A stretch of DNA of 64,000 nt from an uncultured Gemmatimonadales bacterium (lineage in GTDB: Bacteria; Gemmatimonadota; Gemmatimonadetes; Gemmatimonadales; GWC2-71-9), in assembly GCA_963748815.1 (NCBI GenBank), contig CAVVKJ010000005.1, positions 480,001 to 544,000 of the forward strand, written 5' to 3'. The notes under the pieces were generated by a model. The model saw nothing but the letters and a program-made list of their open reading frames with translations, had not been told where the DNA came from and made no database searches. Below are positions 62,080 through 64,000 of this stretch, piece by piece. Position 1 is the first letter of the stretch; every line of letters begins with the position of its first letter. The translations under genes and the position numbers were made by a program.

Positions 62080-62097
62080 ATGCGCGTAAACGAATAT
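62078..62097. promoter_or_regulatory. Imperfect AT-rich palindrome over the arsR start (putative autoregulatory operator)
   Basis: ATATGCGCGTAAACGAATAT; 14 of 20 positions match its reverse complement. Confidence 0.55.
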
Positions 62098-62173
62098 CCG
62101 GATCGTCGATCCGGCGCAAGGCCTCCGACGCCATGCATTGCGAAACCCGCAGGCAAGGACGGATATTTCCGGA

Positions 62174-64000
62174 ATGCTCCTACCTCTCCTTCTCGCGGTC
62201 GCGTCCGCGCCCGCTGCGCAGGACTCCGCCCATCTTGTCGTCGTCGCCACCACGGACGTCCACGGCCGCGCGACCGGGTGGGACTACGTGAACGACCGAC
62301 CGTGGGTGGGTGGGCTGGTGCGCGCCGCCCGGCCGATCGACTCGCTCCGCGCGGCCTATCCGGACCAGGTCGTCCTGGTCGATGCCGGCGACCTGCTGCA
62401 GGGTGACCCGTTCGCCGCCTATTTCGCCCAGGTCGCTCCGCGGGACCCGAACCCGATCGTGGACGTGATGAACCAGCTCGGGTACGACGCCGCGACGCCA
62501 GGCAACCACGACTTCAATTTCGGGGTCCCGGCGCTGCGGGAAATGCTGCGCCGGGCGTCGTTCCGGGTGGTGAGCGCCAACGTCATCACCGAGCCGTCCG
62601 GCGACCCGATGTTTGCCCGGCAGACCGTCCTCCTCCGGCAAGGGGTCCGGGTCGGGATCACGGGGTTCACGACCCCGGGCGTCATGATCTGGGACCGGAA
62701 CAACGTCCGCGGGCAGGCGGACGTCCGGCGGATCGGGAGCGCGGCCCCCGCCGAGTTCACGCGCCTCCGGCAGGACGCCGACTTCATCGTGACCCTCATC
62801 CACAGCGGGATGGACGGCGGGAGTTCATACGACTCCCTCGGCGTGGGTCCGGAAAACGTCGCGGCTTCCCTCGCCTCCGGGGCCACCCGTCCCGATCTCG
62901 TGGTCGTCGGGCACTCACACCGCCAGATGCGCGACTCCGTCCTGAACGGCGTGCACTTCATTCAGCCCAAGCCATACGCGCAGACGCTGGCCGTCGCGCA
63001 CGTCGATCTCGTCCGCGAGGGCGGAACGTGGCGCGTCTCCCGCATCCGCGGGGAGCAAATCGACCTGGCCGGGATCGAACCGCCCCCGGGCCGCTTCCGG
63101 CGGGTGGCGGAGGCGCAGGACGAGGTGCGCATCTGGGCGGCGACCCCCCTCGCGGTGGCGACCGCGGCGATGCCCGGTCGGGACGGACGCGTCGAGGCGG
63201 TGCCGCTGACGACCTGGATCAACGAAGTCCAGCGCCGCCAGGCGGGCACCGATCTCGCGTCGACGGCGGTCTTCGATCCGCGTGCGGGGCTGCCCGCCGG
63301 CGAAGTCCGCCTCGCGGACGTGGCCGGTGTGTATCCCTACGAGAACACGCTCCGCGGCATCCGGATCACCGGCACCCAGCTGGCGGCCTACCTGGAGCAG
63401 AGCGGTCGGTATTACGTCACGGATTCCACCGGAAGCGTGGCCACCGATCCGACCATTCCCGGGTACAACTTCGACGTCGTGACCGGAGCGGAGTACGAGC
63501 TGGACCTGTCCCAGCCGATCGGAAGCCGGGTGCGGGGCCTGCGGGTGAACGGCCGCGACGTGGTGCCGTCCGAGACCTACACCCTGGCCCTGAACAGCTA
63601 TCGGCAGGAGGGCGGGGGAGGCTTCGATGCGCTGCGTGGCGCACCGGTGATGTACGACCAGAATGAAAGCGTGCGCGAGCTCCTGGTGGCCGACCTCCGG
63701 CGGCGGGGACAGATCGACCCGGTACAGTTCGGCGTCCACAACTGGCGGCTCACGCCGCCCACGGCGCTGACGTCGGCCCGGCTGCTGACCCGGCCGCCGG
63801 CCCGCGACACATTGCAACTGCGCATCCTGAGCATCAACGACTTCCACGGCGCGCTCGAACCCCGGGTGTACAACTGGTCCGACGGCCGGTTGGTCGGCGG
63901 CGCCGCCGCGGTGGACGCCACGATGGATTCGCTCGCGGCCCGCTGCAACTGCACGACGCTGCGGCTGGACGGCGGCGACGAGATGCAGGGCACCCTGCCG
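62174..64000 (+). CDS. Secreted tandem-domain 2',3'-cyclic phosphodiesterase / 5'-nucleotidase (runs off the window; absent from ORF track)
   Basis: Translated by eye: MLLPLLLAVASAPAAQD, TTDVHG, DAGDLLQG, GNHDF, HSG, GHSH, YPYEN; second domain SINDFHG...DGGDEMQG. Confidence 0.92.
   Translation, partial: MLLPLLLAVASAPAAQDSAHLVVVATTDVHGRATGWDYVNDRPWVGGLVRAARPIDSLRAAYPDQVVLVDAGDLLQGDPFAAYFAQVAPRDPNPIVDVMNQLGYDAATPGNHDFNFGVPALREMLRRASFRVVSANVITEPSGDPMFARQTVLLRQGVRVGITGFTTPGVMIWDRNNVRGQADVRRIGSAAPAEFTRLRQDADFIVTLIHSGMDGGSSYDSLGVGPENVAASLASGATRPDLVVVGHSHRQMRDSVLNGVHFIQPKPYAQTLAVAHVDLVREGGTWRVSRIRGEQIDLAGIEPPPGRFRRVAEAQDEVRIWAATPLAVATAAMPGRDGRVEAVPLTTWINEVQRRQAGTDLASTAVFDPRAGLPAGEVRLADVAGVYPYENTLRGIRITGTQLAAYLEQSGRYYVTDSTGSVATDPTIPGYNFDVVTGAEYELDLSQPIGSRVRGLRVNGRDVVPSETYTLALNSYRQEGGGGFDALRGAPVMYDQNESVRELLVADLRRRGQIDPVQFGVHNWRLTPPTALTSARLLTRPPARDTLQLRILSINDFHGALEPRVYNWSDGRLVGGAAAVDATMDSLAARCNCTTLRLDGGDEMQGTLP

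Overview
GC-rich bacterial chromosome segment. The gene repertoire suggests Gemmatimonadota (inference only). I see no CRISPR array, prophage, transposase or rRNA. Contents in order: glmS-dtd-maf; an FHA-GAF-adenylate cyclase; a PilB/GspE-type ATPase fused to a receiver domain; a TonB-dependent receptor with two lipoproteins; a hybrid histidine kinase; apbE; tRNA-Leu, a CDGSH protein and tig-clpP-clpX-engB; dnaK-htrA; three orphan outer-membrane barrel proteins; deoC with a two-domain aldehyde dehydrogenase; and a large phosphate locus (arsR-phoB-phoR, porin-pstS, pstC-pstA-pstB-pstB-phoU-ppx, divergent tandem-domain nucleotidase). Two large Ig/FN3-repeat surface lipoproteins interrupt that locus between pstS and pstC. 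The main signal is an 11-bp-phased GT(C/A)ACG repeat (Pho-box-like) upstream of pstC and the porin-pstS unit, and also upstream of the TonB receptor and its partner lipoprotein about 35 kb away. This points to an uncharacterised phosphate-starvation outer-membrane uptake system. About 11 reading-frame breaks, two of them in dnaK, are probably sequencing or assembly errors. Family assignments come from motifs read by eye; no database searches were run.
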